Shown piece after piece: positions 37,820 to 46,632 of a stretch of DNA of 64,000 bases (position 1 is its first letter; the number at the start of each line of letters is the position of its first letter). The stretch comes from Nitrososphaerota archaeon (lineage in GTDB: Archaea > Thermoproteota > Nitrososphaeria > PSMU01). The translations under genes and the position numbers were made by a program. The stretch spans positions 328,699 to 392,698 of the forward strand of contig PSMU01000001.1 of assembly GCA_040290255.1 (NCBI GenBank), in the 5' to 3' direction. The notes below the pieces were generated by a model, which had not been told where the DNA came from, did no database searches, and saw only the letters and a list, made by a program, of their open reading frames with translations.

Positions 37820-38614
37820 TTGGCCCCCTGGCTGGACGTGGGCGGCCTGGCCGTGGTGGGGCTCCTGGCCCTGGCCTCTTATGCGTTAAGGGCGCTCACG
37901 CCGGGAGGGGCGCTGCTGGGCTTCCTCCTCGGGTATACCACCTGGCTGGCGGGAGGGCTGCGCTGGTTCCTCCTCTTGCTCGTGACCTTCGCCGCCACGG
38001 TGCAGGCCACGAGGGCGGGCTACCGCCTGAAGAGCCTGAAGGGCATGGCCGAGAAGAGGAGGGGGGCCAGGGGCTGGCTGAACGTGCTGGCGAATGTGGG
38101 CCCCTCCAGCCTGATGGCCCTGCTCTTCGTCCTGGCCCCCTTCCCGGCCACGCCGCTGCTCTTCACCTCCTTCCTCTGCGTCGCCCTGGCCGATACCGTC
38201 GCCACGGAGCTGGGGGGGCTCTCGAGGGGCCCTCCAAGGCTCATCACGCGGCCGTGGGTGAGGGTCCCCCCCGGCACATCGGGGGGCGTGAGCGGCCTGG
38301 GCCTGGGCGCCTCGCTTCTGGCGGCGGCCCTCTTCTCGCTCATGGCCTGGCTGCTGGGCGTGGTGGAGCCCACGCCGCTCGCCTGGTTCGCCGTCTGCCT
38401 AGGCGGCTTCTTGGGCGCGCTGCTCGATAGCCTCCTGGGCGCCACCCTTCAGGAGAGGTTCCTCTGTCCCAACTGCGGCCGCGTGGTGGAGGAGCGCGTG
38501 CACTGCCTGAGGCTCTGCGAAAGGAGGAGCGGCATCCCGGGCCTCGATAACAACGTGGTGAATATCCTGGCGATAGCCCTGGGGGGCCTGCTGAGCCTGC
38601 TGCTCTTCAGCTGA
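37820..38614 (+). CDS. DUF92-family integral membrane protein (tentative)
   Basis: Multi-TM protein; TTG start immediately after the preceding stop; resemblance to DUF92/TMEM19 family by memory only. Confidence 0.45.
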   Translation: MAPWLDVGGLAVVGLLALASYALRALTPGGALLGFLLGYTTWLAGGLRWFLLLLVTFAATVQATRAGYRLKSLKGMAEKRRGARGWLNVLANVGPSSLMALLFVLAPFPATPLLFTSFLCVALADTVATELGGLSRGPPRLITRPWVRVPPGTSGGVSGLGLGASLLAAALFSLMAWLLGVVEPTPLAWFAVCLGGFLGALLDSLLGATLQERFLCPNCGRVVEERVHCLRLCERRSGIPGLDNNVVNILAIALGGLLSLLLFS

Positions 38615-40052
38615 TGGCCAGCGCGCCGCGCAGGAAGCCCTGCAGCTCCGCTATGGCCATGCGCTGCTGCTGCATGCTATCCCTCTCCCTCACGGTTACG
38701 GTATCGTCCTTCAGCGTCTGGCCATCTATCGTGATGCAAAAGGGCACGCCCAGTAGGTCGGCCTTCCTATACCTCCTGCCGATGCTGCCCTCCTCTTCGT
38801 AGAGCACGTCGAAGTCCAGCTCCAGGGAACCCTTTATCGCCCTGGCCTTCTCCGGCATGCCCTCCCTCTGCACGAGCGGGAAGATGGCGACCTGGAGGGG
38901 CGCCAGGTACGGCTTCAGGGCCAGGACCCTTCTCCCCTGCTGCTCGCGCAGGCTCAGCTCCAGCAGGGCATATAGGCTCCTATCGATGCCCATCGAGAGC
39001 TCGAAGATGTGCGCCATGAGCTTGGTCCCCGCATCCTCCACGAGCAGCTCCTGGCCGCTGATCCTTGCATGGTTCGTCAGGTCATAATCCCCCCTATAGT
39101 TGCAGGCGACGAGCTCCAGCCAGCCCACGCTGGTCAGGGCCTCCAGGTCAAAGGCCTGGCGCGAGTAGAAGGCCCTTTCATCCTCGCGCAGCAGCCTGAA
39201 CCTCAGCGCCTCCGCCGGGAAGCCCGCCTTTATGTAGAAGCGCTGCAGGAGCGCCAGGTAGTAGGCGATCAGGGGGTGCTCCACAATTCCCCCCTCCACC
39301 AGCTCCCTCACGCTCACCTCCTTCATGCTGTTCCCATCGTACAGGCGCAGCCTATCCTCGAGGTAGGGCGCGAGCTTCGGCACGGCCCTCTGGGCCGGGT
39401 TGAAGAAGACCTCCATCTCCGCCTGGTAGAACTCCCGGAGCCTCAGGAACCCCTGCCGAGGCGAGATTTCGTTCCTGAAGCTCTTCCCTATCTGCGCGAT
39501 GGCCTGGGGGAGCTTAAAGCCCAGCGTCTTGTAGAGCGTGAGGAAGTCGACGAAGATGCTCTGGCAGGTCTCGGGCCTCAGGTAGCACTCCTCGCCCCTG
39601 GGCCCTATCAGGACCTTGAACATCAGGCTCACCAGGAAGGGCTTCGAGAGCCCGCCGCCGCAGCTGGGACAGGTCACCGCGCTCCTCTCCAGCAGCGCGC
39701 CCAGCTCCTCCAGCGAGCCCCCCTCGGGGAACTCGATGCCCGCCTTCTCCCACAGCAGCTTATCGGCCCTGAAGTAGCCGCCGCAGCGCTCGCATCTGAC
39801 GGTAGGGTCCACGAAGCTCTTCAGATGCCCCGAGGCCTCGAAGACGCTCCTGGGCAGTATGGCGCAGCCATCGAGCTCCAGCATCCCATCCCTCCTGAAG
39901 ATCTCCCTCCTGAGCAGCTGCACATACCTGTGCTTAAGCAGCGTGCCCAGGGGGCCATAGTCCCAGAAGCCGGCGGGCGTGCCCGAGTAGATCTCTGCTG
40001 CCGGAAAGAAGAAGCCGTGTTGCTTCGCATAGCGCTGCAGCTCCTCGAGCAC
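38607..40052 (-). CDS. glyS: glycyl-tRNA synthetase (archaeal/eukaryotic alpha2 type)
   Basis: MLEELQRYAKQHGFFFPAAEIYSG...GFWDYGPLG N-terminus and class II motifs. Confidence 0.9.
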   Translation of the reverse strand: MLEELQRYAKQHGFFFPAAEIYSGTPAGFWDYGPLGTLLKHRYVQLLRREIFRRDGMLELDGCAILPRSVFEASGHLKSFVDPTVRCERCGGYFRADKLLWEKAGIEFPEGGSLEELGALLERSAVTCPSCGGGLSKPFLVSLMFKVLIGPRGEECYLRPETCQSIFVDFLTLYKTLGFKLPQAIAQIGKSFRNEISPRQGFLRLREFYQAEMEVFFNPAQRAVPKLAPYLEDRLRLYDGNSMKEVSVRELVEGGIVEHPLIAYYLALLQRFYIKAGFPAEALRFRLLREDERAFYSRQAFDLEALTSVGWLELVACNYRGDYDLTNHARISGQELLVEDAGTKLMAHIFELSMGIDRSLYALLELSLREQQGRRVLALKPYLAPLQVAIFPLVQREGMPEKARAIKGSLELDFDVLYEEEGSIGRRYRKADLLGVPFCITIDGQTLKDDTVTVRERDSMQQQRMAIAELQGFLRGALAIS

Positions 40053-40089
40053 GCCGGCCGCTGGCGGCGCGTTAATTAAAGCGTTCGGC

Positions 40090-40254
40090 CTACTTCGCCA
40101 CCACGACCTTGGCGATGGGCGGCCTCACCTTCCTCAGCACGCGGTACCCGCAGATGCACCTTATATCGGGCAGCTCGGCCAGGTCCTCGGCCCTGTTCAG
40201 GGCCCCGCACCTGACGCACTGGTACACCAGGCCCTTTATCTTCTCCGAGCTCAC
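40090..40254 (-). CDS. rpoP: DNA-directed RNA polymerase subunit P (Rpo12/RpoP)
   Basis: 54-aa product VSSEKIKGLVYQCVRCGALNRAEDLAELPDIRCICGYRVLRKVRPPIAKVVVAK: Y.C.RCG...RC..CGyr.L.K.R zinc ribbon; GTG start; TATA-like ttttaag upstream; absent from ORF track. Confidence 0.65.
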   Translation of the reverse strand: MSSEKIKGLVYQCVRCGALNRAEDLAELPDIRCICGYRVLRKVRPPIAKVVVAK

Positions 40255-40276
40255 GGGCTCGCCGGGGCTTTCCCGC

Positions 40277-41401
40277 TTAAAACGTTTTCCTCTTGAGGGC
40301 CCAGCCCCTCACCTCCCGGGCCACGCGCCTCACGTCCGCGGCGCCCATCCGCGGGTGCAGCGGCAAGGAAAGCACGCAGCGGGCCGCCCTCTCCGCGTTG
40401 GGCAAGCTAACGGCGCCGTAGCGCTCGCGGTAGAAGGGGAGCCTGTGCAGCGGCGTGGGATAGTAGACCCTGGCCTCTATGCCCCTGCCCTCCAGGTGCA
40501 GCAGCAGCTCATCCCTCCCTTCCTCCACGAAGATCGTGAAGGCCGTCCAGGAGTGCTCGCAGTACTCCTTGACGCGAGGCAGCCTTATGTACGGCACCCC
40601 CTCCAGCTCCTCCATGTAGAGCTGGGCCAACCCCCTCCTCCTCCTGAGCAGGGCCGCTGCCCTCCTCAGCTGCGCAAGCCCCAGGGCCGCCAGCGGCTCG
40701 GGCAGGCGCAGGTTCAGGCCCAGCGCCTCAGTCTCATAATGCCTCCAGGCGCCGTGGTTCCTGATGAGCCTGAGCCTCCTGGCCAGCTCCGAGGCCTGCG
40801 CTATAACTGCCCCTCCCTCGGCGGTGGTGATGAGCTTAGTGGGGTAAAAGCTGAGGCAGCCCAGGTCGCCCAGCGTGCCCGCGCATCTTCCCCTGTACTT
40901 CGCCAAGAGCGCCTGGGCGGCATCCTCGACGATCCAGAGCCCCCTGGCCTGCTTCAGCTTCAGCAGCGCATCCATATCGCAGACATGCCCATAGAGGTGC
41001 ACGGGCAACAGGCCCTTCACGCCCTCCAGCTGCCGCTCATCCAGGGAAGCCGCGTCCAGGCAGTAGGTCTCCAGCTCTATATCCGCGAAGACGGGCACGC
41101 CTCCCAGGGCCACCACGACGTTGGCCGTGGCGGGGAACGTCAGCGCGGGCACGAGCACGCGATCTCCTGGCCTGAGCCCCAGGGCCAGCAGCGCGGCATA
41201 AAGGGCTGAGGTGCCCGAATTGAAGGCCACGACCTCCTGCGCGCCCAGCAGCTGCGCCAGCGCGCGCTCGAAGCGGCCCACATAGGGCCCCCCTTGGGGC
41301 GAGGCGCTGGTCAGCAGCCCGCTCCGCAACGGTGCCGCGATGGCCCTCCTCTCGGCCCTGCCCAAGTAAGGCGCGGCGATCCTTATCCTCCTAGCCGCCA
41401 A
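40277..41401 (-). CDS. DegT/DnrJ/EryC1/StrS-family PLP-dependent (sugar) aminotransferase
   Basis: ...FNSGTSALYAAL...GDRVLVPALTF..., VEDAAQAL, SFYPTKLITTAEGG motifs. Confidence 0.8.
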   Translation of the reverse strand: MAARRIRIAAPYLGRAERRAIAAPLRSGLLTSASPQGGPYVGRFERALAQLLGAQEVVAFNSGTSALYAALLALGLRPGDRVLVPALTFPATANVVVALGGVPVFADIELETYCLDAASLDERQLEGVKGLLPVHLYGHVCDMDALLKLKQARGLWIVEDAAQALLAKYRGRCAGTLGDLGCLSFYPTKLITTAEGGAVIAQASELARRLRLIRNHGAWRHYETEALGLNLRLPEPLAALGLAQLRRAAALLRRRRGLAQLYMEELEGVPYIRLPRVKEYCEHSWTAFTIFVEEGRDELLLHLEGRGIEARVYYPTPLHRLPFYRERYGAVSLPNAERAARCVLSLPLHPRMGAADVRRVAREVRGWALKRKTF

Positions 41402-42044
41402 GCCTCCTCACCAGCTCCACCACGCGCCTCAAGGCCCCCTCCAGCAGCTCGGGCCCTATGCCGGGCACGCCGCAGGCCAGGGCCAGCACATGGTTCGTGG
41501 AGCCCGTCACCTTTGTCCTGTTCGCATCCCTAAAGGGATAGACATGCATTACGCCCAGCTCATCGGCCAGGACCACGCTCTTAGCCGTGAGCACGACCTC
41601 CCTGCCCGTTATGTCCACAAAGAGCTCGCCCTCGCGCGCCCATCTCAGCCGCGGCACGCCCCTCACCCTTGCCAGGTCATATAGGCCTATCGCGATCAGC
41701 GTCTCGGCCGAGGCAAGGTTGCCCGCATCGACCACGTTGTTTATGCTGGGCAGGCCGCCCCTGAGCAGGAGCCTCCTGACCAGGCTCTCCGAGGAGGGCC
41801 TCTGCTTCGTGGGGTCGATGCCCAGCCTCCAGTAGAAGTCCCTATAGGCCCTGACCACGGGATGCTCCTTCAGGGAGGTGAGGTCCAGGTTGAGCCCCCG
41901 CCTTAGGGCCTGAAGTTCCTGCTCAAACCCATAGCCCGCCTCGAGCACCCTGGCCCTGAAGCTCAGCGCCCTCACGGCGAGCCCCGGAAAGCGCGCGGCG
42001 AGTTCCTCCTCTATGGGCACCGGAAAGGGCTGGGGCTCAGCCAA
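41391..42044 (-). CDS. stand-alone B3/B4 tRNA-binding domain protein
   Basis: ...RAYRDFYWRLGIDPTKQRPSSESLVRRL...NNVVDAGNLASAETLIAIGLYDL pattern of PheRS beta B3/4 domain. Confidence 0.65.
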   Translation of the reverse strand: MAEPQPFPVPIEEELAARFPGLAVRALSFRARVLEAGYGFEQELQALRRGLNLDLTSLKEHPVVRAYRDFYWRLGIDPTKQRPSSESLVRRLLLRGGLPSINNVVDAGNLASAETLIAIGLYDLARVRGVPRLRWAREGELFVDITGREVVLTAKSVVLADELGVMHVYPFRDANRTKVTGSTNHVLALACGVPGIGPELLEGALRRVVELVRRLGG

Positions 42045-43092
42045 AGCGCGCCAGCTCCTGGGCCCAGCGCGCCAGCCTCTCCCTATACGGGGCCACGAGC
42101 GCGTCGAGGGCCTTGGCCAAGGCGAGCTTCAGGTCCATGGGATGCAGGCGGCCGCCCATATAGTCCTCCCTGAGCTGCTCGTAGCGCTCGTAGGTCACAT
42201 CGCCGCCCTTTGATGCGGGCCTGCTCACCTCCAGCACGGGCCTAAGGCGGAAGACGATGAGCTTGGCGAGCGCGAGCACGGGGTTGAGCTCCTCCTGCTG
42301 AGGGGGGCACCAGGCCTCCTTTAGCTTCCTGGCCATCTCCTCGGCCGAATCGTGCACGAAGAGCGCGCTCTTGGGCTTGGACTTGCTCATCTTGCTCGAG
42401 ATGATCATATCCATCCTCTCATCCTCGTCCAGCCCCTCCCTATGCGGCGGCAACAGGCCCGGCAGGAGCTCGTGGTGAAGCGCTATGGGGGCCCTCCAGC
42501 CCAGCTTGGGATAGACATCCCTGGCCAGCATGTGCACCTTCCTCTGGTCCATGCCGGCATGGGCCACATGGACGCCCAGGGCCCTTATATCTAGGGCCTG
42601 CATGAGGGGGTAGAGGTAGTGGGCCACCGCCAGCCCCTCGCCGGCCCTCCTGCCCATGATCGTGAGCGCCCTCATGGCCCTCCTGAGCGGGGTCCTTAGG
42701 GCCAGCCTCACCAGCTCCTGCCAGTACTCGCGGTAGCTCTCATACAGGTCGGAGCCGAGGATGCATTCGACCCCGGGAGCGAAGAGCTCGAAGGCCTCCT
42801 TATAGTAGCTGGCGGCCTCCCTGATGAGCTCCCAATCCCCGCCCATCTTCTCGTTTATTACGCTATGCCAGTCGGCGAGGAAGACCTTGCAGCGAAAGCC
42901 CGCCTCCTGGAAGTCCCTTATCTTTATGCCCGAGATGAAGAGCGTGCCCAGGTGGAGCGGGCCTGAGATCTCGAAGCCTATATAATGCCCTGGCCTCTCC
43001 TCGGTTTCGAGCAGCAGCCGCAGCTCCTGCTCCGTTACCACCTCCTGCGTGGGGGGCCTGAGCAGGGCCTGCATGCGCGAGGCAGGGTCCAC
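42037..43092 (-). CDS. tyrS: tyrosyl-tRNA synthetase
   Basis: Class I HIGH-like (GPLHLGT) and KMSKS motifs; archaeal-type TyrRS length. Confidence 0.9.
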   Translation of the reverse strand: MDPASRMQALLRPPTQEVVTEQELRLLLETEERPGHYIGFEISGPLHLGTLFISGIKIRDFQEAGFRCKVFLADWHSVINEKMGGDWELIREAASYYKEAFELFAPGVECILGSDLYESYREYWQELVRLALRTPLRRAMRALTIMGRRAGEGLAVAHYLYPLMQALDIRALGVHVAHAGMDQRKVHMLARDVYPKLGWRAPIALHHELLPGLLPPHREGLDEDERMDMIISSKMSKSKPKSALFVHDSAEEMARKLKEAWCPPQQEELNPVLALAKLIVFRLRPVLEVSRPASKGGDVTYERYEQLREDYMGGRLHPMDLKLALAKALDALVAPYRERLARWAQELARFG

Positions 43093-43116
43093 GGCCCGAG
43101 CCTTCGCGCACTTCTA

Positions 43117-43482
43117 TTATCCTTTTCCCGAGGCCAGCGCGAGGAGCAGCGAGAGCGCGAGCAGCGCTGCCAGCGCCACCGAGATGCCGCCGTATGCGAT
43201 GGCGATAAGATAGGCCCCCAGGGCCCCGAAGGAGAGGAAGGCCACGGCCTGGTAGAGGTGCGCCAGCAGGCTAGTTGCCAGCGTGGAGATGATGAGCGCT
43301 CGCCAGCGCTCGTTCATCTTTCCCTTCCTCACCAGGGCGTAGAGCGAGAGCAATGAGGCGGCGCTGAGCGCCAGCAGCCTGGCGCCGCCCTGGCCCAGGA
43401 GCACCGCGATGGCCCAAAAGGCTGCGTTGGCCAGGAGCGAGGCCAGCAGCAGATGAAGCCCCCTCACGCCCCTCCTGGGCAA
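43117..43482 (-). CDS. small integral membrane protein (hypothetical)
   Basis: 121 aa, 3-4 TM helices; no family recognised. Confidence 0.4.
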   Translation of the reverse strand: MPRRGVRGLHLLLASLLANAAFWAIAVLLGQGGARLLALSAASLLSLYALVRKGKMNERWRALIISTLATSLLAHLYQAVAFLSFGALGAYLIAIAYGGISVALAALLALSLLLALASGKG

Positions 43483-43625
43483 TCCCTGTTAAAAGCTGCT
43501 GCGGTGGCCGGCATGTGCCGGAGCGATCGTCCAAAAAAAAGGGAATATAGGGCACAAAATTGACCAAGAGGGGTTCTAAGAGCCGGGAAGTGCTGTCCCC
43601 TTAACTTGGAATCCTTTGCGTTAAG

Positions 43626-43637
43626 CCTAATATCATA
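43626..43637. promoter_or_regulatory. TATA-like element (cctaatatcata) about 28 nt upstream of the TTG start of the secreted-protein operon
   Basis: A/T-rich box at canonical distance for a leaderless transcript; an A8 tract and the palindrome CCGGCATGTGCCGG lie further upstream (43513-43546). Confidence 0.4.
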
Positions 43638-43658
43638 TGCTCCCGGGGGCCGTTAGGC

Positions 43659-44105
43659 TTGGAGCGTAGGCTAAGGACCAAACTGGTGGCCGCAGTTCTT
43701 CCTCTGCTAATCCTCCTAGGGGCAAGCGCCGCGTATGCCGTGACCATATCTCTCAGCAGCTCTAACGTAATGCCGATAGGGGGCACGGGACTCGTTACCG
43801 TGAATTGCCCAGCACAACCCTGCGCGGTGAGCAAAGTAACTTGGACGCTGGACACCTCACCTCCCTTCTACGTAGCCAGCGCAACCGTGTCCTGGACGCC
43901 CAGCCAAGATGGAGACTACCAGGTCTGCGTAAACCTCTATGGTAGCGATGGCAACCCGCTCAATAATGGAAGCGGCTGCATCACCAAACGCTTACCTGGA
44001 GGCACGGCTACAAGTACCACCGTGCCCTTCTCTGGGACGGGCTCGTCGAGGCCAAACCCAAGGGATATCTATAAGGTGGAAGTGATAATAGTCCAGACTC
44101 CTTGA
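43659..44105 (+). CDS. small secreted beta-rich protein, paralog A (Sec signal peptide, AYA cleavage site)
   Basis: TTG start; signal peptide LVAAVLPLLILLGASAAYA; mature N-terminus ISLSSSNVMPIGGTGLVTV paralogous to next two genes; Ser/Thr-rich; lower GC. Confidence 0.55.
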   Translation: MERRLRTKLVAAVLPLLILLGASAAYAVTISLSSSNVMPIGGTGLVTVNCPAQPCAVSKVTWTLDTSPPFYVASATVSWTPSQDGDYQVCVNLYGSDGNPLNNGSGCITKRLPGGTATSTTVPFSGTGSSRPNPRDIYKVEVIIVQTP

Positions 44106-44482
44106 GAAGACTTTTTTTGCTGCTGCTTCTCTCAATTATCTTAGCCCCGGCCTACGCGCTCTTAATAAGCCCCGTAAATGTCCAGCCCGCCGAAGGCATA
44201 AGGGTGGACCTCACGCGCCCCCTCAACAGCTGCTTTGAAGTAAAGGGGCTCGCCTTTTCCTTCAGCGCCACGTCCATAACCTCCGTCACGATAACGGTTT
44301 TTAACACATGCAACTCTCGAGAAACGGCGGATGTCTTGATTACCTGGTACCTAAGGGATGGGAGCTCTTTACAGACTCATATGACCATTCAGGTGCCCGG
44401 GCTGGGAACCAAGGCTGGCTCCGCCGCTTTATCCAACCCCATTCCCTTCGCCTCCCTGATTAAGGTGGTCGTGAATGTCTAG
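44102..44482 (+). CDS. small secreted beta-rich protein, paralog B
   Basis: TTG start overlapping previous stop; signal peptide ...ILAPAYA; mature SPVNVQPAEG... Confidence 0.55.
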   Translation: MRRLFLLLLLSIILAPAYALLISPVNVQPAEGIRVDLTRPLNSCFEVKGLAFSFSATSITSVTITVFNTCNSRETADVLITWYLRDGSSLQTHMTIQVPGLGTKAGSAALSNPIPFASLIKVVVNV

Positions 44483-44918
44483 AACTAGGACTTCGGCCGC
44501 GCTGTTCTTCGCGGGCCTGCTGCTCTTATTGATGGCCACCCCCTATGAGGCCTTCTCATCCCTGCTTGCCATCTCCACCATTAGGCCGGTGGGGGGCTCC
44601 GGCCTTGTACCCGTGCCCAAGGACGGCGTGCTGATGATCCGCATAAGCCTAAGCATGGGGGGAAACCTGGCCGATGATCGCATAAATCGGTTAGATATAG
44701 CGCTGCGGGCCTCGGACCCCAGCTACTCCTGCCCCGGCGGCTCGCGGTGTTATACGCTCGCCTATACGCTATATCTGGATAACTCCCTTTCGAGCTCCCG
44801 CAGCCGCGCCGTTTCGGTAACCACTACGGCAACTACAATCACCTTCAGCTTTTCTCCGCTTAATCAGGCCGGCGCGCAAAACCTCTCCATAATAATTAAC
44901 GTGGTGAGAAGTTCATGA
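44475..44918 (+). CDS. small secreted beta-rich protein, paralog C
   Basis: ATG overlapping previous stop; signal peptide AALFFAGLLLLLMATPYEA; mature ISTIRPVGGSGLVPV matches paralog A. Confidence 0.55.
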   Translation: MSRTRTSAALFFAGLLLLLMATPYEAFSSLLAISTIRPVGGSGLVPVPKDGVLMIRISLSMGGNLADDRINRLDIALRASDPSYSCPGGSRCYTLAYTLYLDNSLSSSRSRAVSVTTTATTITFSFSPLNQAGAQNLSIIINVVRSS

Positions 44919-45355
44919 TGAAGCGCGAGGCCTTCCTCCTCGGCATGGGCCTTCTCCTAACGGCCTATGGCGGCTATGGGCTGGCGCAGCGCCTCACGCT
45001 CTACTATGTAGCCTCTGGCTCCATGGAGCCCTACTTGCCCACAGGGAGCTTAATATTGGTTGAGCGCGGCGCCGTGCCCGCGGCCGGCGACATAGCGCTA
45101 GTGAACTATTACGGTGAGCCGCTCGTGCATAGGGTCGTGCGGGTAGACCCGAGCTCGGGCATAATATGGCTTACCGCCGACGCGCAGCCGGGCTTCGTTC
45201 AGCAAGCAAAGCTGAGGGATTTAATCGGCGTCGTCGTCCTGGCATTGCCCTACTTTGGCTATATGGCCATGCTTGCAAGGGCTTACCCCTGGCTTACTAC
45301 AGCTATGCTGGGAGCGCTTATATCGCTAATCCTATTGAGGTGGATTAAGGGGTGA
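44915..45355 (+). CDS. signal peptidase I, archaeal/ER (Sec11/SipW) type
   Basis: N-terminal TM, SGSMEP box B with nucleophilic Ser, GDIALVNYYGEPLVHRVVRV box D His, C-terminal second TM as in SipW; ATGA overlap with upstream gene. Confidence 0.75.
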   Translation: MMKREAFLLGMGLLLTAYGGYGLAQRLTLYYVASGSMEPYLPTGSLILVERGAVPAAGDIALVNYYGEPLVHRVVRVDPSSGIIWLTADAQPGFVQQAKLRDLIGVVVLALPYFGYMAMLARAYPWLTTAMLGALISLILLRWIKG

Positions 45356-46632
45356 GGAGGCCCCTCAAGGCGCTCCTTACGCTCGCGCTGCTCTTTCCCC
45401 TACTTGCTCATCCCTCCCATGCCATCGCTTCGGTGACCGTCGACGTCCCCTTTCAAATATCAGCCACGCTTGATGGAAGGCCGCTGCTGATAAGCGGCGC
45501 GGCGCAGGTCTCCGGCACGCTGTGCCTGCCCCTGCTCGTGTACGCTTCTCCTCTAGAGCGCTATGCCTTCGAGGGCTGGTATGTTAATGCCACGCGCATC
45601 TCAACGGGCTCCTGCCTAAGCGTAAGCGAGGGCAGCTACCTGGCGCACTACAAGCCGCAGTTCCTGGTGGGCCTGGCCTCGGATCCGCCGGGCCTCCTCT
45701 CGACGAGCCTTTGGGCAAATGCGAGCGAGCCCACGCCCATTTCCCTTCCGACGCAGATAGAGCGAGAAGGGGTGAGGGCCAGGCTTATCGCCGCTTACTT
45801 CAACGGATATCCCCTTCCAATAATAAACGGGAGCATCGTCATAGGCGTAAGGGCCCCAGCCCTAATAACCCTGGCCTATGAGAAGTTCGTGAGGATAACC
45901 ATCATGGGCCCTAACTTCACGCGAGAGCTCTGGGCCAGGGCCGGAGCGCCGATAGCCCTACCGCTTCCTGATTATGTGCCCGTAGCCGAGGGCGCAAGAT
46001 TACGGCTGGTCGCAGCGTATGCTGGGCAGACAGAGATAGGCCGAACCTACATACCCGGCGAGCCCGTGCTCATAGCCGCGGCCTATGTAAGGCAATATTA
46101 TGTGAGGGTAAGCTCGCCCCAGGGGGCTTTAGTTGAGGGCTGGTATGATGAAGGCACTCAGCTCAGTATATCCGCGCCTGAGATGATAAGCATGGGCCCC
46201 GGCAGGAGGCTGGCCTTCCTGGGCTGGAGCGGCATAAACTACACGGGCAGCAGCCTCGGCTTAACTGTACGGGCTCCGATCAACGCCACGGCCCTGTACG
46301 AGCTCCAGGTGGAGGTTCAGCTAATGACTCCCCTGGGAACTTCGAGCTACTGGATAGGAGCGGGGAAGACGATGGCCCTCAGCCTGCCCACCTCCCTTCC
46401 CGCCTCCCTCGGCTTCGTCAGAAGCCTGGTGGGCGTAACGATGAATGGAAAGAGCCTGCCAGTAGATAAGGGCATAATCATGGTTACCCCCCTCGAGCCC
46501 TCGATGGTGGTGGCGCAGTATTCGCTCTCACTGGACCCTCAGGGCCTCCTAATACTTGCAGGGATTGGGCTGCTCATTTCGGCGCTTTACCTCGGCCTGA
46601 GCAGGGCCAAGAAGAGGGAGAAGCCCGATTAG
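45352..46632 (+). CDS. large secreted protein with C-terminal TM anchor and basic tail (surface-anchored)
   Basis: GTG start overlapping SPase stop; signal peptide ...LAHPSHA; repeated F/L.GW motifs; many N-x-S/T sequons; C-terminal LLILAGIGLLISALYLGL + SRAKKREKPD. Confidence 0.6.
   Translation: MRRPLKALLTLALLFPLLAHPSHAIASVTVDVPFQISATLDGRPLLISGAAQVSGTLCLPLLVYASPLERYAFEGWYVNATRISTGSCLSVSEGSYLAHYKPQFLVGLASDPPGLLSTSLWANASEPTPISLPTQIEREGVRARLIAAYFNGYPLPIINGSIVIGVRAPALITLAYEKFVRITIMGPNFTRELWARAGAPIALPLPDYVPVAEGARLRLVAAYAGQTEIGRTYIPGEPVLIAAAYVRQYYVRVSSPQGALVEGWYDEGTQLSISAPEMISMGPGRRLAFLGWSGINYTGSSLGLTVRAPINATALYELQVEVQLMTPLGTSSYWIGAGKTMALSLPTSLPASLGFVRSLVGVTMNGKSLPVDKGIIMVTPLEPSMVVAQYSLSLDPQGLLILAGIGLLISALYLGLSRAKKREKPD

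Noticed and set aside
40109-41209. 366-aa plus-strand ORF
   Set aside because: Antisense to the DegT-family aminotransferase gene, which has clear PLP-enzyme motifs; no recognisable features on the plus strand.
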